The position numbers and the translations under genes are program-made. From Gordius albopunctatus (Eukaryota), in the NCBI GenBank assembly GCA_964276515.1, contig OZ193909.1, positions 16,554,001 to 16,618,000 on the forward strand: a stretch of 64,000 nucleotides of DNA, in the 5' to 3' direction. Shown piece by piece: positions 33,938 through 48,352 of the stretch. Positions within the stretch are counted from its first letter, which is position 1. Each line of letters opens with the position of its first letter. The notes beneath the pieces are model-generated. The model searched no databases and was not told the origin of the DNA. It was given only the letters and a program-made list of their open reading frames with translations.

Positions 33938-36900
33938 ATGCAAAATGCGCGATATTTAAAATATGTGAAAAAGAAAACTATTATATATATATTGTTTCTT
34001 ATATTGGCATTTCAAGTATTTTTGGGAATAAAATTATCTAGCTTTCGAAAGTATTTTAAGACCAATCAAATAGCTAAGGTATAGCTTTGACAATTACTGT
34101 AAAATTAGTTTGTTAGGAATGGTTCAAGCATGATGGCATAAATTCAAATATATCACTTAATTACAAATGTCCACTGCCAGGTGATACTAAGGATGCCTTA
34201 CAGAGAGCTTCCTCATTTTTGTGCAAACAGTCTATTATAGATACCGTTTGCTCTAAGCACTCTTTGTATTCACCATCTTATGAAACTTCATGTCCTCTTT
34301 TGAGTATTCTACAATAATACCATATCCAAATTTAAATAGAGAATTTCAAGAAATTAGGATGCTTTGTTGAACAGCCACAAAGTGAAGATATCAAGCATGA
34401 AACAATTTCATTTGATGATAACAGTCATGAAAAATGTGTTTTTTACTGCTTAAATAGACGTAAGATGATATATTAATTTTATTTACATTTTTAAGAGTAC
34501 ACGTTTGCACATGTCATGAATGAAAAGATTTGTCATTGTGGGTTTTCATATAACTCCTTTGGATCTGTAACTGGAAATGATTCTATGTTCTATTGCAATT
34601 TAACACAATGTCCAGGAAATAAGGAAGAAGATTGTGGCACTAAAGGATCTGCAATTACTTTATCCACAGGATTTTTTAGTAAATTGATTCTATAACTAAT
34701 AAATTCTTTTAATTAATATTTTGCTGCACTCTATTTAATTAACCTATAAATCAAATATATATACCTAGGTTTAGTTTTTGTTTTTTTCTATTTCCTTTTA
34801 AAATTAAGTAAGACATATATAATTTTTTTTTTAACTATTTATCATTTTTATTTATATCCACATTTTAAAACTTTAATTTATTAAAAATGACTAATTTTAT
34901 ATAGACACTAAATCCAAGGAATAATAATAATTCATTACTATATTTATTGAATGGTTTGATATCTTATTTAAAACTATTAACTAAAAATTACACATAATTA
35001 TGTTTAATTTTTTTAATATGCATACAGACAAATCAATTCTTGGAGTGAAAACGCGTTTTGATACCTTCAATCAAATCACACCAGTCAATGTTACAAAAAT
35101 TAGGATAGTTTTTGTTTTAATACTCAATGGAAGGGCTGATAGACAGGTCCTACGTCTCCTAAGGGCCATATACAACCCATACCATTATTACCTCATTCAT
35201 GTTGATTCGGTAAGTAAAATTTAAGCAGACTATTTTATGATTATTTTTACTTTAGAGAATAAATTTAACTTAAAAAAACAAAAACTTTTTTAAATTCATT
35301 TTCTAGTTTTAATTGTCTAATTAAAATAAAAGCTAATAGGCCTTTGTTTTGCTTTTATTAACTGCTAAGAATTAATTATATTATACACTTTGTTAGTATT
35401 GCTAATTTAAGGATTATAATTAAATCTCACCGGCACAATTGTTTTCTGATAAATTTATTCTACCAATTTTATATTAAAATATGTTAAATCAAAATAATAC
35501 TATCTTAAATTTGAATTTGAAAGAATTATAATGTAAATAAGATCAACGGATATCAAACATATCATTTATTTTTTAAACTTTAACAATATTTTATTGGTTT
35601 TAACAACTTCTAATCAATGATGTTTGCAATATAGATAATCTTCACTCATATTTACCTATTCAAACTTCTAAATATTTTTACTTATAAATAGCGTCAAGAC
35701 TATTTGTACAATCGTCTACTATCCGTATTTTCGGACTCGTCTGGTAGAATGCCGTCCAATTTAAAATTTTCCCGAAAACGTTTTGCTCCGATATGGGGAG
35801 GCACATCTCTCCTCGAGGTGTTACTAAATTGTCTCCAACAACTAATCCTAAATAGCGATTGGCGATGGGATTATTTCGTTAATATGAGCGAATCCGATTT
35901 TATTCTCAGGTTTATTAATTTTTTTTCTTCATTTTTTACATAGAAATCGTTTGGTCCGGCATAGAACGCATATTTTTTGGAATTTTGCTATGTAATATAT
36001 AGTTTTGCACACAAAAGTATTATGTGGATTCTCTAACGCTACTGGTAATTGATTTAAAAAATTGCTTTCTTTAAACTTAGTTTGGAAAAATGATGATACA
36101 TTCAAAACCGTTTAATTGCAAAGCCTTGGGCCTCAAAAATTCGCGATTAACCGATATTTCGCGATTAAACGATGGCAAAAAGAGAAAATATTAAATATAT
36201 AAAGACATATAGTAAATATTCATTTCTTAAGCTTCGCAATAAAACGATATTTTATATGATTGTATGGTTGATTTAAGGGCTCGAAAATGTTTGTGAATAT
36301 CCGATATCGTACTATTAAGCGATTTGTCAATAAACGATGTTTTTGTTAATATTATCGTTTGGAAAAACAAAATGGCGGTTAACTTTGCGATTAAAAGATT
36401 TCGCGATAATCCGATTTGCGATTAAGAAGTTTCGACTGTATGTAATATATATCAATTCAAGGTATTTTTACGTCCGCCCATTCACAATGAAATCGAGCAC
36501 TCATGGGCGTCGTAGCCAGGATTTGGATTATTCGGGTGGCTAAAAAATTTGATAGTAATCAAGGGAGTGGCTAAATTGCATTTTTTGAATCTTTAATTTT
36601 GACCCCTGTGAAATATATATATGGATAAAGTGAGGATAGATGCCCCTTTCTCCATACCCATATATTAAAAAATGAGAAATGGTATAATTTCATTACCCCC
36701 TAGTAGCCTCTTACAACCTATGGGAGATGAAATGATTACCTCGTCTGGAGACGTTCCATCTGTCATGGGCGTACCCAGGATTGGTTGGATTTAGCGAGGG
36801 GCAAAAGGGTTTTTGTTTGAAATTTTAACTATAATTATATAAAAGATTTTCGATCCCCTCCCCGTTCCCCTCTTGCTACCCCCATGTAGACCCTTTATTT

Positions 36901-39900
36901 TACCTGAATTGTTATATACAACGTTTATTTTTATTCCTTTCTCAGAACTTTGGATGAGTTGGTAAACGTGTTAACGCTAAACAACGGGACTAACTTTGTC
37001 CGCGGTCATCAAGGGTCCAGTTCTGCAAGGTTTGTGTTGAGAACCCGTTCAAGCTCGTTAGGGGCTTCCTTATTTTTTATATTCACATAACGTCAAGCTT
37101 TTTTAGATCATTTAACAATTTTCGGTTACAACTTTATATTAAGTGAAAATAAATATATGTGCATAGATCCTTTTTGAATTAATGTTGATTTTACCGACGA
37201 AATACGCGTTATAAAGTCAGTTTCGTAGTGATTTTCTGGCCTAATTCCCTTAGGTCTGCCGACCCTGACTTTAGGTGATGAAACCTTTATTTTTAGAATT
37301 CATATTTGCATGGAATTAACAATGTATTTGAAAAATGACTAACTTTATTTTAGGTGAAAAATAGTAAAAGGTCACCGTTTCCTCCTTGTTACCTTAATTT
37401 TTAGCCAAGACTTTGCACGGCCACCTCAATTATAGGGAAAACTGGAAGCAAAATTCTTTTTTAATATTTAATTGTCAAAAATCGTTAAAAATAATTAATT
37501 TTACCATTTAACTCACTTATGATTTACTTAAAAACTTTATACTCCTCGCTTTAAACGAGATCTTAGCCACTTTTATAAAAGTGAGGGAAGGAGGAAGACA
37601 AATTGTTGTAATACGTAGGATACTATTTTCATTGAAATCTTTTATTTTTTCACTTAGATTCATCAAGAGGCAAGGCATCGAATTTTTATTTCACGAATGC
37701 GACGATCATTTGTGGCGCCTGGACAGTAAACCACTCGTCTCGGGTCTCGCTTTCGATGGGGCCAGCGATTGGCTCATCCTAACTAAGGAATTCTCCCAAT
37801 TTTTGGTGCTGGGCCGTGAGCCCATGCTGATCGGACTTAAAGCCTTCTTTTCTCAATCTCTCTTACCCGCCGAGGTTAATCTATTCCTTTAAAATTGAAA
37901 AAAATGTAATTAGATTATTGAGGTCGTCCCAGGGCCTCCAAAAATTTAGATCGTTACATAGCTCGTTTTAAATTTTGTTAGATTTTTATGGTTATCGTTT
38001 TTCGTGTTTTTGACGAATTATACCTTAGGAAATCTTGGAAAATAGTCCCTACCCTGTTAAGGGCTAAATTGGCTGTTTCCTTTCAGGGGGTTCCTAGAGA
38101 TTCACGCTAATGTTGCAACTTTCGAACGTCTAGAATTAACACGTTTTAAATATCTATCCTGAATAAATATTGGGAAATTTAATCTATGGCCTCTTCCCTT
38201 ACTATCAAGCATGTTTATCTTATACCTTAGTCAAGAGTCTAGTGGACCTTTCACCCTCCCCAATTCGCTAATTGACCTAGCTGATTAAATAAAAATCGTG
38301 TAATTGTCACGCCATGCATTTTGCAGCTACGAATCCATTGTAAGTCGAGGTGGTGAGGCTATAGCAACTTTGTCAAAAGTATCAGGATACGACGACGCTG
38401 GCTAAAGTTGTGCCCCCTTAATAAAAGCCACCTTCATAATACATAGAAAAATTTATTTTTTTGCATCCATGTATGCCAAATATTACGAAGTCCCAAATTC
38501 CTTTCTCCACGATTGATCTGGCAAATAATGTTGGAATTTGTTACGCCTTTATTTTCAGTCCTTTTTCCAAACCATTTTGCTCAATTCGCATTTTTGCACG
38601 CGGTACGTTACGGACAATCTGCACCACATCAAATGGCGTCGACCTTCGGGTTGCAATTGCGAGTACAAGAAATTTGTGGATTGGTGTGGTTGTTCGCCCC
38701 ATGATTTCCGCCTGACCGACACCAATAGGTTGACTAAGGTCCTTACGAAATAAATTTTCATGGAAATAGAATATATACAATTATATTAAATCTGTCGTCG
38801 TTTGAATTTCCAGTAATTTTGATATATAAAGGAATATATTATTATCTGCAAATACCATATATCTGCTTGAAAATTTAATTATAATCTATATTAATTATGT
38901 TTACTGATGGTAAAAAGTTGTATTCAAAGGCCTCAAAAAGGAGCTTTTAGCTATTTGCATCTTGTGTGTGTGTGTGACTCGTTAAATAGTATTGTTGAAT
39001 GATTAGCACAAGTCATTTAACCCTTACCTTTTAAATATTTATTTGTGTGGCAAGTAATATGATAATAAAAATGACAAGAATGTGTATTAAATAGTTGGAC
39101 GCCAATTTTCAACGCTCCACGCTACGTGGGTGTAGATGGGCGGAGCCAATGGGAGCCAGGGAGGGGCGGCTGCCCCCCCCCTCTAAATCCACAAACATTT
39201 TAAGATTTCATATAAATTTGACTAAAATTGTAGGAATAACCATCACTTTGCCCCTTCCTAGCCTATTATTGCTCCCCCATAATTCAAATCCTGGCTACTC
39301 TCATGCGCGTGTGTAATTAAATTCGCATCACTAGGAATGCGTGCAATTCGTTAAATCTTTGGGCGTGTTTTGACTCGTGTTTTTGGTGTGGTGAATAGTA
39401 CGAGTATTTGTTACCTAAGTCGTTACTCGAAGAAGTTCAACAAAACTATGACCAACTAAGCCTATAGGTTGACTAAACAAAATACGCTAACAACCTCTGC
39501 GCTCTGTTTTTTACATTTCGACTAAGCAAGGTCGAATACGAAGACCAAAGGTTGGCTAAAAATAAAGCTCTTTTTACGACACTACTAGATGTAGGTGTAT
39601 GCGAATGCGAATTTAACGCGAGATAATAATTAAAATGTGTGATAAAAATGGGTTTTCGATTAAGTGAAAATGGATCATAATAACAACCTAATTTATTTTA
39701 TATTAGGAGCGACAATTTTACGAATTTATCGGGAGGAAATTTGAGGCCGTAGTGGATCAAACGGTGGTTAAGGAGGTTGAAACTAACTTGTTTGGTTCTC
39801 AATATACAGGTATCGGCTTACTATGGAACGCCACTTCATTTTTTGGGGGAATTTTATTAAAATTATTTATATTATGGCTCCATTTACTAGCTGTTTATCT

Positions 39901-42900
39901 AGGGAATGTCTTTGATATTTCGTAAAATTAGGGTTGAAAGCTTAAATATCATCATTATTACCCCCTTCTAGTTTAGATCCAGTTATTTTTATTGGGCGCA
40001 TGAGACTATAAACGATGTGGCGTTAAGCTATATTATGACGTAGCCTCCTATGATAAATTATGAAATTAGGTTGTTAAAATTATTTCTTAATAATTATTAT
40101 TGGACATATATGGAATTAGAGGTCTACCTTTCGGATTTTGATCAAGCACTACACCTCTCGAAATTGATTTAAATTGATGTTTTACCTTGGACCTCGAAGT
40201 GGATTTTATTATGAAGTCTAGCTTTAACGGTTGCATTTGTGAACCTTATAAGTCTTCTCCAAAATAACTTTGCTTCGCTAAGTATGAAATTAATTACCAA
40301 CATTATGTTTTCGTAGGAATTTGCTGTAAAATTACTCAAAATATTGTTTTTTTTATAAATTTAAAAATAGACATAACGAACATTGATTCGTATTGGTACA
40401 ACCTATATTCTATGCGTTATGATGGGCCCAAATCGCCACTGAAATCTAGTCTTGCGGTCTACTCGGCTACCTTTGACAGGTTGTTGGAGAAGAGCTTGGG
40501 ATGGACTGAGTGCTTGGAAAAAGAGAAATCCTCTTTTCGATATTATAACTTGACAACGACTTTGGAAGACATTAATTTATATTAGTAAATTTTCAAAATC
40601 TAGATGTTTTTTATTATAAGATTTTTAAAGGGAAAATATAACTTAAGGTATAATTTAAATAATATTACTTTATTGTAACTAGGGGTTTAGAATAAAACTT
40701 GTGGTTCTTTATAATTTTTTCTCTGACTGTCACCTTTGCTGGCCGTCACTGTCAGTTCCAGAATTGTTTAATTGCTCGTCCAGACGCGAGTATGTACACT
40801 GAGTTTTAAAATAAACTCGTTAGCATATGAAAATGTGCTCAAGAGCTTGAGTCGAAGCGACAAAATTGCAGATTTATCAGAGGCAATTGCTACGAGTTGG
40901 TAACCTTAATAATTTTATTTATATTATATATATCACAGCTAAATTAAGAACACTTTGCCCCTTTTCTCTACCCCCTCCCTCCCCCACAGGGAAGGAGGTC
41001 CCTTTTTCCTGGGGCAAATACCTCCGCCGCCCCCCTCCAGTGGGAGGGAAAGGCTGGAGGAAGGGGGCATAGTTCTTAATTTAGCTGTAATCTATTATAT
41101 GGGCAGATTTTTAAAGTTACTAGCTCCTAGCCATTGCTTCTTATAAATCTGCTCATTGCTTCAACAGATTATTTTTAATTCTTCCTTTATACTTTATTCC
41201 GTGATTCTACATAAGCTTAGTAGGCCCTCCTCTTTTGATTTTCCATCGTGTTTTATCCTTTCTACCTATTATCTCGTCTCTCTACACGACCATATATTAT
41301 CTTAATCTCTTTGTCACGAGCTTGATGTTCGTATTAATTTTTGTAATTCATGTATAAACATGAAACATTTTGTTATCTTTTAGTTTCGCCGACGTGAAAC
41401 AAGGAATTTTAGCTACGTATGGGAAAAAGGTGGTGTGGCGTTCATCAATATTTGCACTAACTCGCGTAATTGAATTACGGGCCGAGGGATATTTTAAAAG
41501 GAAAATAGATGCCAACCAAAAGAAGAGTCCGATATTTACCAAATTCGAGGTTAGTCTTCTTGGGTTTTGTTTTCCTGCAACCTCGGTATTACATATACTA
41601 TAATCAATGGTAAATGTATTTTAGCTTAGTTTATAGAAATCGGTAGCTTTAATTTTTAATCCAAATTTCATAATTATTGGCTCCTGGTCAATTCTTGGTT
41701 CATGTATAATGTTCCCATACACTAATAGACTGCTCATTCACTTTTAAAAAGTGTTCCACATTTTGGCAGCCATTTTAATAAGTTAAACATGCATTTTGGC
41801 AGCCAATCTATATGGTTTGATGCATTTTTAAAATCGCTACAATGATTAAAAGGGGTTGTTTCATGTTATAAGATCAAAGATTATTGTCCAATACAATCTA
41901 TGGCTACACAAACTCTACTTCACTTATCAAAATGGCGGTCGTTTTTGGCAACACTTTTGATGAGTGAATATACAAGAGATGAGCAGTCTGTTAGTCTATG
42001 AATATTCCTTATTCATTAGAAATATGTCTTGAATATTTTCATCTTTGGAGACTTGTTATTTTTCTGAAGTTTTTGGATTTAAACAATTTATTTGGCAGCA
42101 ACTGGACAAAATTTAATCGGGCGAAATTGGGATTTAAAAATACAAAAATTTATCGACTTTTGACGCTTAACAATAGAATTAAACTTGTTTATTACGCTTA
42201 ATCAACGTGTCTTTTACTGAAAATCATTGGGCATTTATTTCACTTTCCATTTTTGCCTCTAACGATTTCCCGTCATTTTGAATTATGCTATATAATAACA
42301 AAATAGAAAATTAATTTTTTTGTAAACTATATAAACATTATAAATTTTTAGTAACCTTAAATTAATTATTATTACCAATGCTATAAAAACTTATATTATT
42401 TACGACTAAAAAACTATAAAACGCGCTCAAACTAAACGGATGCCATTGATCCGTGTATGGAAATCGTGTCGTATTTAACGATTTCCATTGTGATCATTTT
42501 TTATACAAATATACGAGCATGCACATGGGAGGAGCAGGAGAGACAGCTGTCCCCCTCTAAACCAAAAATATGTTGAAATTTATTGAAATTATGGGTAAAA
42601 TTTCAAAGAATGATCATTTTGCCCCGCCCCCCCCCCCTCTAATCCCAATGCTGTCTACGCCCGTGAGCATGCACGCACACATAATGTGAATGACTTTGCT
42701 ATAAGGTTGGTGAAAGTCCGGATTTTAAGGAGGGCATATTTCGGAACCACGCCTCTATGTTGGGAACCGATGCCGATATTCGCTTGTTAATAACACTCGA
42801 TCCGTCCGCTTTGAAAGCTGCGATAGCAGAAAAACGGGCTAAACGCGACGTCAAAGCCGTTGGAAAAAATGGGCAAAAGGAAGTTGTAAAACCCCTACCC

Positions 42901-45346
42901 TGGGACACTAAAAATCTCGATTTAGAGGCGTTGGGCTTGAAAGAGCTCGAAGATCCTGACCTCTTCTACGAAGTCACCGTGGAAATCGAGATCGATTATG
43001 TTTGGGTTAGCCCGGCCGGGCAAATAGTTCACGTGGACGGTAAAACGTACACCGAGACAGACGTTGATAAGGATGCCCTGCTTCACGCATTTTTTAAGCC
43101 CGACCACGCCAAAAAACCGTACTTACCAGGTATCCCCTTTGGTCGTTAGTGTTCTCTTTTTGTAAAAGCTTTAACATATACACACCCCTTATGGGATTGG
43201 TTTTGCATTTAATTACTCGTTATATCTCTGACATCCGCTTTGCCCCCGAAATTAAATCAACGAACGAGGCTCAATCTGCGGCTTTGTGTTAAAGCTGATA
43301 TATTATGACCGCAAAGTTTAGAGAAGTTGTTAATCTTTTAAAGTAACCTAAAACTAAATATGGATTTTACGGTTTGCAAGCGACTTTTATAATAGCCTTA
43401 TTATCCTCGTTAGCCCAACCTGTGAAGAGTTTTTAGTTTTTGCTTGTTAAGGCACGCCTTCCTTATCTAATTGAGTTTTTGGAATGGTAAAGATATTTTA
43501 TAGTTTGCAGAGAAGGTTATGGTCATTGTCAGATTGCGCCATCTTTTTATAACGGATTTTTTAAAGTTTAACCTTCGCCCCTTTTAAAATAGAGTTAGAG
43601 TTGACCTTACATAGGATGCAAATAGAAATGCTTATACTGGCATTGCCTTGGTTAGTCCCTACATATTTATTCTTAATAAAAGAATATTAGTAAGGAGAGA
43701 TCATTTCTGAAAAAAATACTTTTTAAAGTGTCCTTTACGTTGTAATTATGAGATATTATAAAGAATCTTGCGCAATTCTTTCTTTTCAGTGACTTGACTC
43801 CTAATAGGCGGAATATATATAACAAGAATTTCGCATATTATTTTTATTACGCAGCGTTCGGGATGATGCGCGAAAGCGAAAAAAAGCGAAGTGAATTTTT
43901 AGACTAATTTATTAAATTCTTAAATCTTTTTCTTGATATCTTTATATTCATCGTGAAATTTATCATATATCAATGGTATTGCACGAATATCATTCATAAG
44001 ATCGTAATTATTCTATAAACATATAAAATTATATAAAAAATACATAAATACCAAATTCAATTTTTTAACCATCACGCGAAAAGTACAAAATGATTTCTAT
44101 CTTATTTTCGTTCGTTTTTTACCACGGGCGAAAATAATCGTCTGCGGTTTCACTATGAACGCCTCCTATTTACAATTGTTATTTTCGTGATATACATGAT
44201 AAATTTCACGAGGAATATAAATATTTTAAGAAAAGTTTGATAAATTAGCCTAAAAATTCACTTCGCCTTTATTCGCTTCGCGCGTTATCACGAGCACCGC
44301 CTTAGGGCTTGTCTTAATATCGGATTCAGATTCAAATGGCGCGAATTCATCTTTATCAAATATACGATTCAATTTCATGTGTCAGACTCGGTTTTAATTA
44401 TTAATATTTTGTTTTTTGATATTTAAATCCCTTTTTTTATTTCTTTCAACTCTTGAGATTAATCGCTCTTATATTATGCGTCCGAAATGAAAATCTGCTG
44501 TGAATTCCAAGTTTAGACACGGCAGCTATGTTATAACCCGTATGACGATTTTTGCTACGCAGCAAAATCCGATATTAAGACAAGCCCTTAGTCGACACGT
44601 CCATTTTCGAAATGGCGATTCCCTTATTTTAACACATCAGTTAATTGAATAATATAATTAGTGCTGAGCAATTTATTAGTCTATGTTAAAACATTTTTAC
44701 TAATATACAAAATGATTACATGTCAGGTATATGGTCGGTTTTCGCTATATATCGGGACAACGCATCTATCATCCACGAAGAAAAGTTTTTAATATTACCC
44801 CACGACCTTATGGACCATGTAAGTAATAGCCACTCCGTACTTGGAACCTTCCCACAATACTTGAATCGACTTTTGGATTTGGCCAAAGATGCGTCTTACC
44901 ATCACATCTCAGCCGAAAGATTAGCTTCATTAACGCGAATTTTACATCTTCCCGATCAATCCTCTAGATTGCTACCTTCCGCTCCATTTCATCCCCGCGG
45001 TCCAAAACTTTTCGAAATTCCCAAATTTCCCCGAGACCTTTCTACCTCGAGGAGCTATTACGCCTCGCTCCGAGAACAGCTCATCACTTGGCACCACCTG
45101 AATGCTTGGATAGATGACCTAACTTCTAGAATGTGGACAGTGGAAAATGTGTGTTTCGTTGAACCATTAGATTTGTCCGTTTTAGAGAATACCTGTTTTG
45201 ACGTAATGAATTTAGAAGCGTTTCTTCCAAATGTCTCGGGAACTATAATGAAAAAATCCTTATTTTGTAACGCTGAAGCGGCTTTGATGGGAAGCCACCA
45301 TTGGAGCTCTTATTCATACGACCCAAAGACTATCATTACTTTTTAG
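33938..45346 (+). CDS. oxt: Protein xylosyltransferase (GT14, oxt/sqv-6/XYLT family) with N-terminal signal anchor and WSC domain
   Basis: Exons read by eye: 33938-34078, 34117-34303, 34340-34459, 34496-34678, 35028-35209, 35692-35909, 36946-37029, 37658-37874, 38559-38738, 39707-39809, 40371-40584, 41384-41549, 42706-43129, 44727-45346. Motifs NGRADRQVLRLL..IY.P.HYY.IHVD, IWGGTSLL, WDYFVNMSESDF, ECDDHLWR, DGASDW, LLPAESFF, CNCEYKKFVDWCGCSPHDF, RKFE and WSSYSYDPK. Confidence 0.95.
36099..36438. mobile_element. Tc1/mariner-type MITE, copy 1
   Basis: TA-flanked imperfect TIRs CATTCAAAACCGTTTAATTGCAAA / TTTGCGATTAAGAAGTTTCGACTG; homologous copy at 59058-59330. Confidence 0.7.
40925..41100. repeat. 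Inverted repeat / MITE-like element in xylosyltransferase intron
   Basis: ACAGCTAAATTAAGAAC...TGCCCC (~40936-40961) pairs with GGGGCA..GTTCTTAATTTAGCTGT (~41064-41088) around a GC-rich core. Confidence 0.65.
41723..41995. mobile_element. MITE-like element
   Basis: Ends TAATAGACTGCTCAT / ATGAGCAGTCTGTTA, with internal GCCATTTT / AAAATGGC symmetry; a related end occurs at ~18478. Confidence 0.6.
43850..44301. mobile_element. PIF/Harbinger-type MITE family 1, copy 1
   Basis: ~120-bp imperfect terminal inverted repeats with TTA on both flanks; second copy at ~52285-53007. Confidence 0.8.
44305..44587. mobile_element. PIF/Harbinger-type MITE family 2, copy 3
   Basis: Perfect TIRs GGGCTTGTCTTAATATCGGATT / AATCCGATATTAAGACAAGCCC with TTA TSD. 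Confidence 0.9.
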
Positions 45347-46549
45347 CCTCTCTCTCTTACTTTACATAGAAAATAGATCAAATTTTATATTATGATGTCT
45401 TCCATAGGCTTCTATGATTTTGCAAGTTGATATCGTTTCAATATTCTTGATTATACCTCTGGGTCCGGGCTACATACAATTTTTTGAATTGAAGCACCTT
45501 GGAAAATATAGCATTCAATCGAGTATACCTCACTAATGGGTTATAAAATGGATTGGTTGCAATTAATGATAGGAGATATTTAAACAAAGGATAAATTTGG
45601 AGAAATTTTTATCAATACTCACGAAAAATGGATAGGCTCCTTTTATTACCTTTTTATCACGGTTTTTAATTATTTTTTGTCGTATATACACAAATCATCA
45701 CACATGTACAACGGTGTACCCCAAGGCCGACAAGCCCAAACTGCCTGTTTCATTGGTCATTTTATCAATTACGATCTTCAATTTTTATATATTGTTTGCT
45801 CAATTTTACGGTGTTTACATATAAAAATTACCTGTGATTATCTTTGATACCTATATCTTTGATACCTATAATACCAAATCAAAATAATTATACTGCGTGT
45901 GCGTTATTTTATTTTATAATTATAAGAAATTATTAACTCAAACTGAAGTTTATAGTGTTTTGTTTCAAAATATAATTGACAAAGAAGTGTTCCGATCATA
46001 ATTTTTTATAGTGAAAAAAGTTTATCAACGAAAATAAGAAGTTGAAAATGGAGGTGCTTGGAACTTCTTGAGCGCTATCTACATTGTCAAGCTAAGTTTG
46101 GGGGGGGGGGCAGAGTAAAAAGAAATTTTCCTTACCAAAAATATGCGCCCAATCATTAAGAATTCCATGATCACTTCCAGATTTATAAAATTTATCGCCT
46201 GTTGATAAAATTGAATAAATCTTTAATGTCTTAAGGCTTGAGCCCTACATGGATCGCTCGACCCTGTCTCGGACAAAATTTTATGCAGCAGCCCTAACCG
46301 AATTTAATTCATGCCAACTAACCACTTATAAAGTATAAACCCAACAGCAAATAACTGGATCACAAATCGGGCAAAAGATTTATTTACAAATTCGCCAAGA
46401 TCTAGGGAGAAATTAAGGCGCGATGTCGGAGTTGTTAAAATAGTCAAGGATATTTTAAGGAACTTATGAATATGGAAATTGATAAAGATTCTCTTCCCGA
46501 TAATTAAGCCGTACATAAGTAAACGAACTCTTTCTGGGTGAAATTATAG

Positions 46550-47010
46550 CACAGATGAACAGGATGCAAAAAGGAAAAGCTCATGGCCCAGATGGAATAC
46601 CTAGGAAAGCATTGCTCGGATGCCGTGAAGGAGTCACGACCATAAAAGCTATTACAAGCCACGGAGACTAGATATGGAGCTTGGGGTATGCTAAGCTCTA
46701 CCATATGACGAATGTCTATCTCAGGACAAAAATGGGTATTAAACCTATGGCCGACACAAAAATCGGCTATGATGTTATGGGCATATACTAAGAAGGGAGA
46801 CGAATGATGTGATTCGAAAAGTATTATATATGGGGGTACCAGGGAAGATTGGAAGAGGACGGCCTCATGTCACGTGGAAAGGGAAAGTCGATTAAGTTGA
46901 AAACTAAGAAGATTAATCAAGACATGGCACTTACCCGATCAAGATGGAAGAAACTCATCGAAACAAACGCCATGATTCTGGGAAACTTGATAAAGAAAGG
47001 AAGAAGAATG
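46550..47010 (+). mobile_element. RTE-like non-LTR fragments
   Basis: RMQKGKAHGPDGIP, then a YGHILRR...GRGRP-type C-terminal block and an AAG-rich tail; internally deleted. Confidence 0.6.
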
Positions 47011-48352
47011 TTTACTTTTATAAATTTAAGTTTTTAGTTTAAAATATAAGTTGAATAAATTGTAGACTGATTGGATTCTTCTTTCCAATTTCATCATTGG
47101 TTTAAAACTAGGATTTAATAACAATGGCAAAATAATTTTGAAATTTAAAATATATCTAAGAATTTTTAACGGGCTCGGGTCGGGCTTAGAGAAATTAAAA
47201 ATAAAACCCTCGGCCAAATAAAATTTATTTTGGAGAGCTCTACTTACGCCTTAATTTTGAAGATTTGTATTAGTATATCTTGATAGATAGCCTTATTTAG
47301 TGACTAGAAAATTCTTAAAATTATTACTTTTTTAATTGATGTTATAGTTTTGTTAGGGTCGCAAATTACCACAATTGGTTCTTTATATAAAAATTGCCCT
47401 CCTTAAATTTAATGTTTTAAATTTAAGCCTTACTTCTGCATTATCCCCTTAGTCTTTTTTTAAAAGTACGTTTTTGAAATTGCCGTTTGTTTTGCTATCT
47501 TAATATAAAGCTACTTATATACAAAAAAATATTAATAGCCAATATGAATAATTTTTACAAAAAATTATTAAAAGCAACAAATCGCAATTTATTAGGCTTT
47601 TTATATTTTAAATTAGTAAATCATTAAGGGCATGAGCGTAGCCAAGGGGGAAGGGGGGGCGGATGCCCCCCTCTAAATATAAAAATTGTTTAAAATTATG
47701 GCTAAAATTTAAAAAAAAATAATTTTGCCCCCTGTAATTTAATGCTGGCTACGCCCATGATTCAGGTAGTAGCTATGTAAAACTATGCAATAAAAAATCA
47801 TTCTAGATATTTATAAAAGCTTTATATTTAAAGTAGCAGCTGTCCCTGAGTCTTCATGCTGCGGCCATGAAATCGCTCTATTAAATTACTAGGAATCATG
47901 TTATTTGGTGTGCACATGGCAATCGAAATAAATTTTCATATTTACTTTAGAATCGCCATTGTCATTATCACGTGAATAAATAGTTGAATTAGCCTGGTGT
48001 TTAGCCATTTTAAGCAAAAATTAAAAGCAGTTTTTAAAAATATATGAACGAAACTAACTATTACAAAGCAAAATATATCTTTTAATCTGATCAATTATTA
48101 CTGAATGATGGCGTAATATAACACGTTTTAACTATTTACTATATAAGCTGATGACAAACGTAAATGTCATTATTTCTTTTACACTTTTTATCCTCATGTT
48201 TTTTCGTGAATTAAATGAGTTATTTACCTTATTTATATTATAAATTACTCTTTACCATTTCGTTTTCTAAATACCATTTCCCCTTCTTAGCTTAAAATGT
48301 GGCGCGGATTTTTTAAACCAAGCATGATTAAATAGGTGAGGATTGATTTAGA

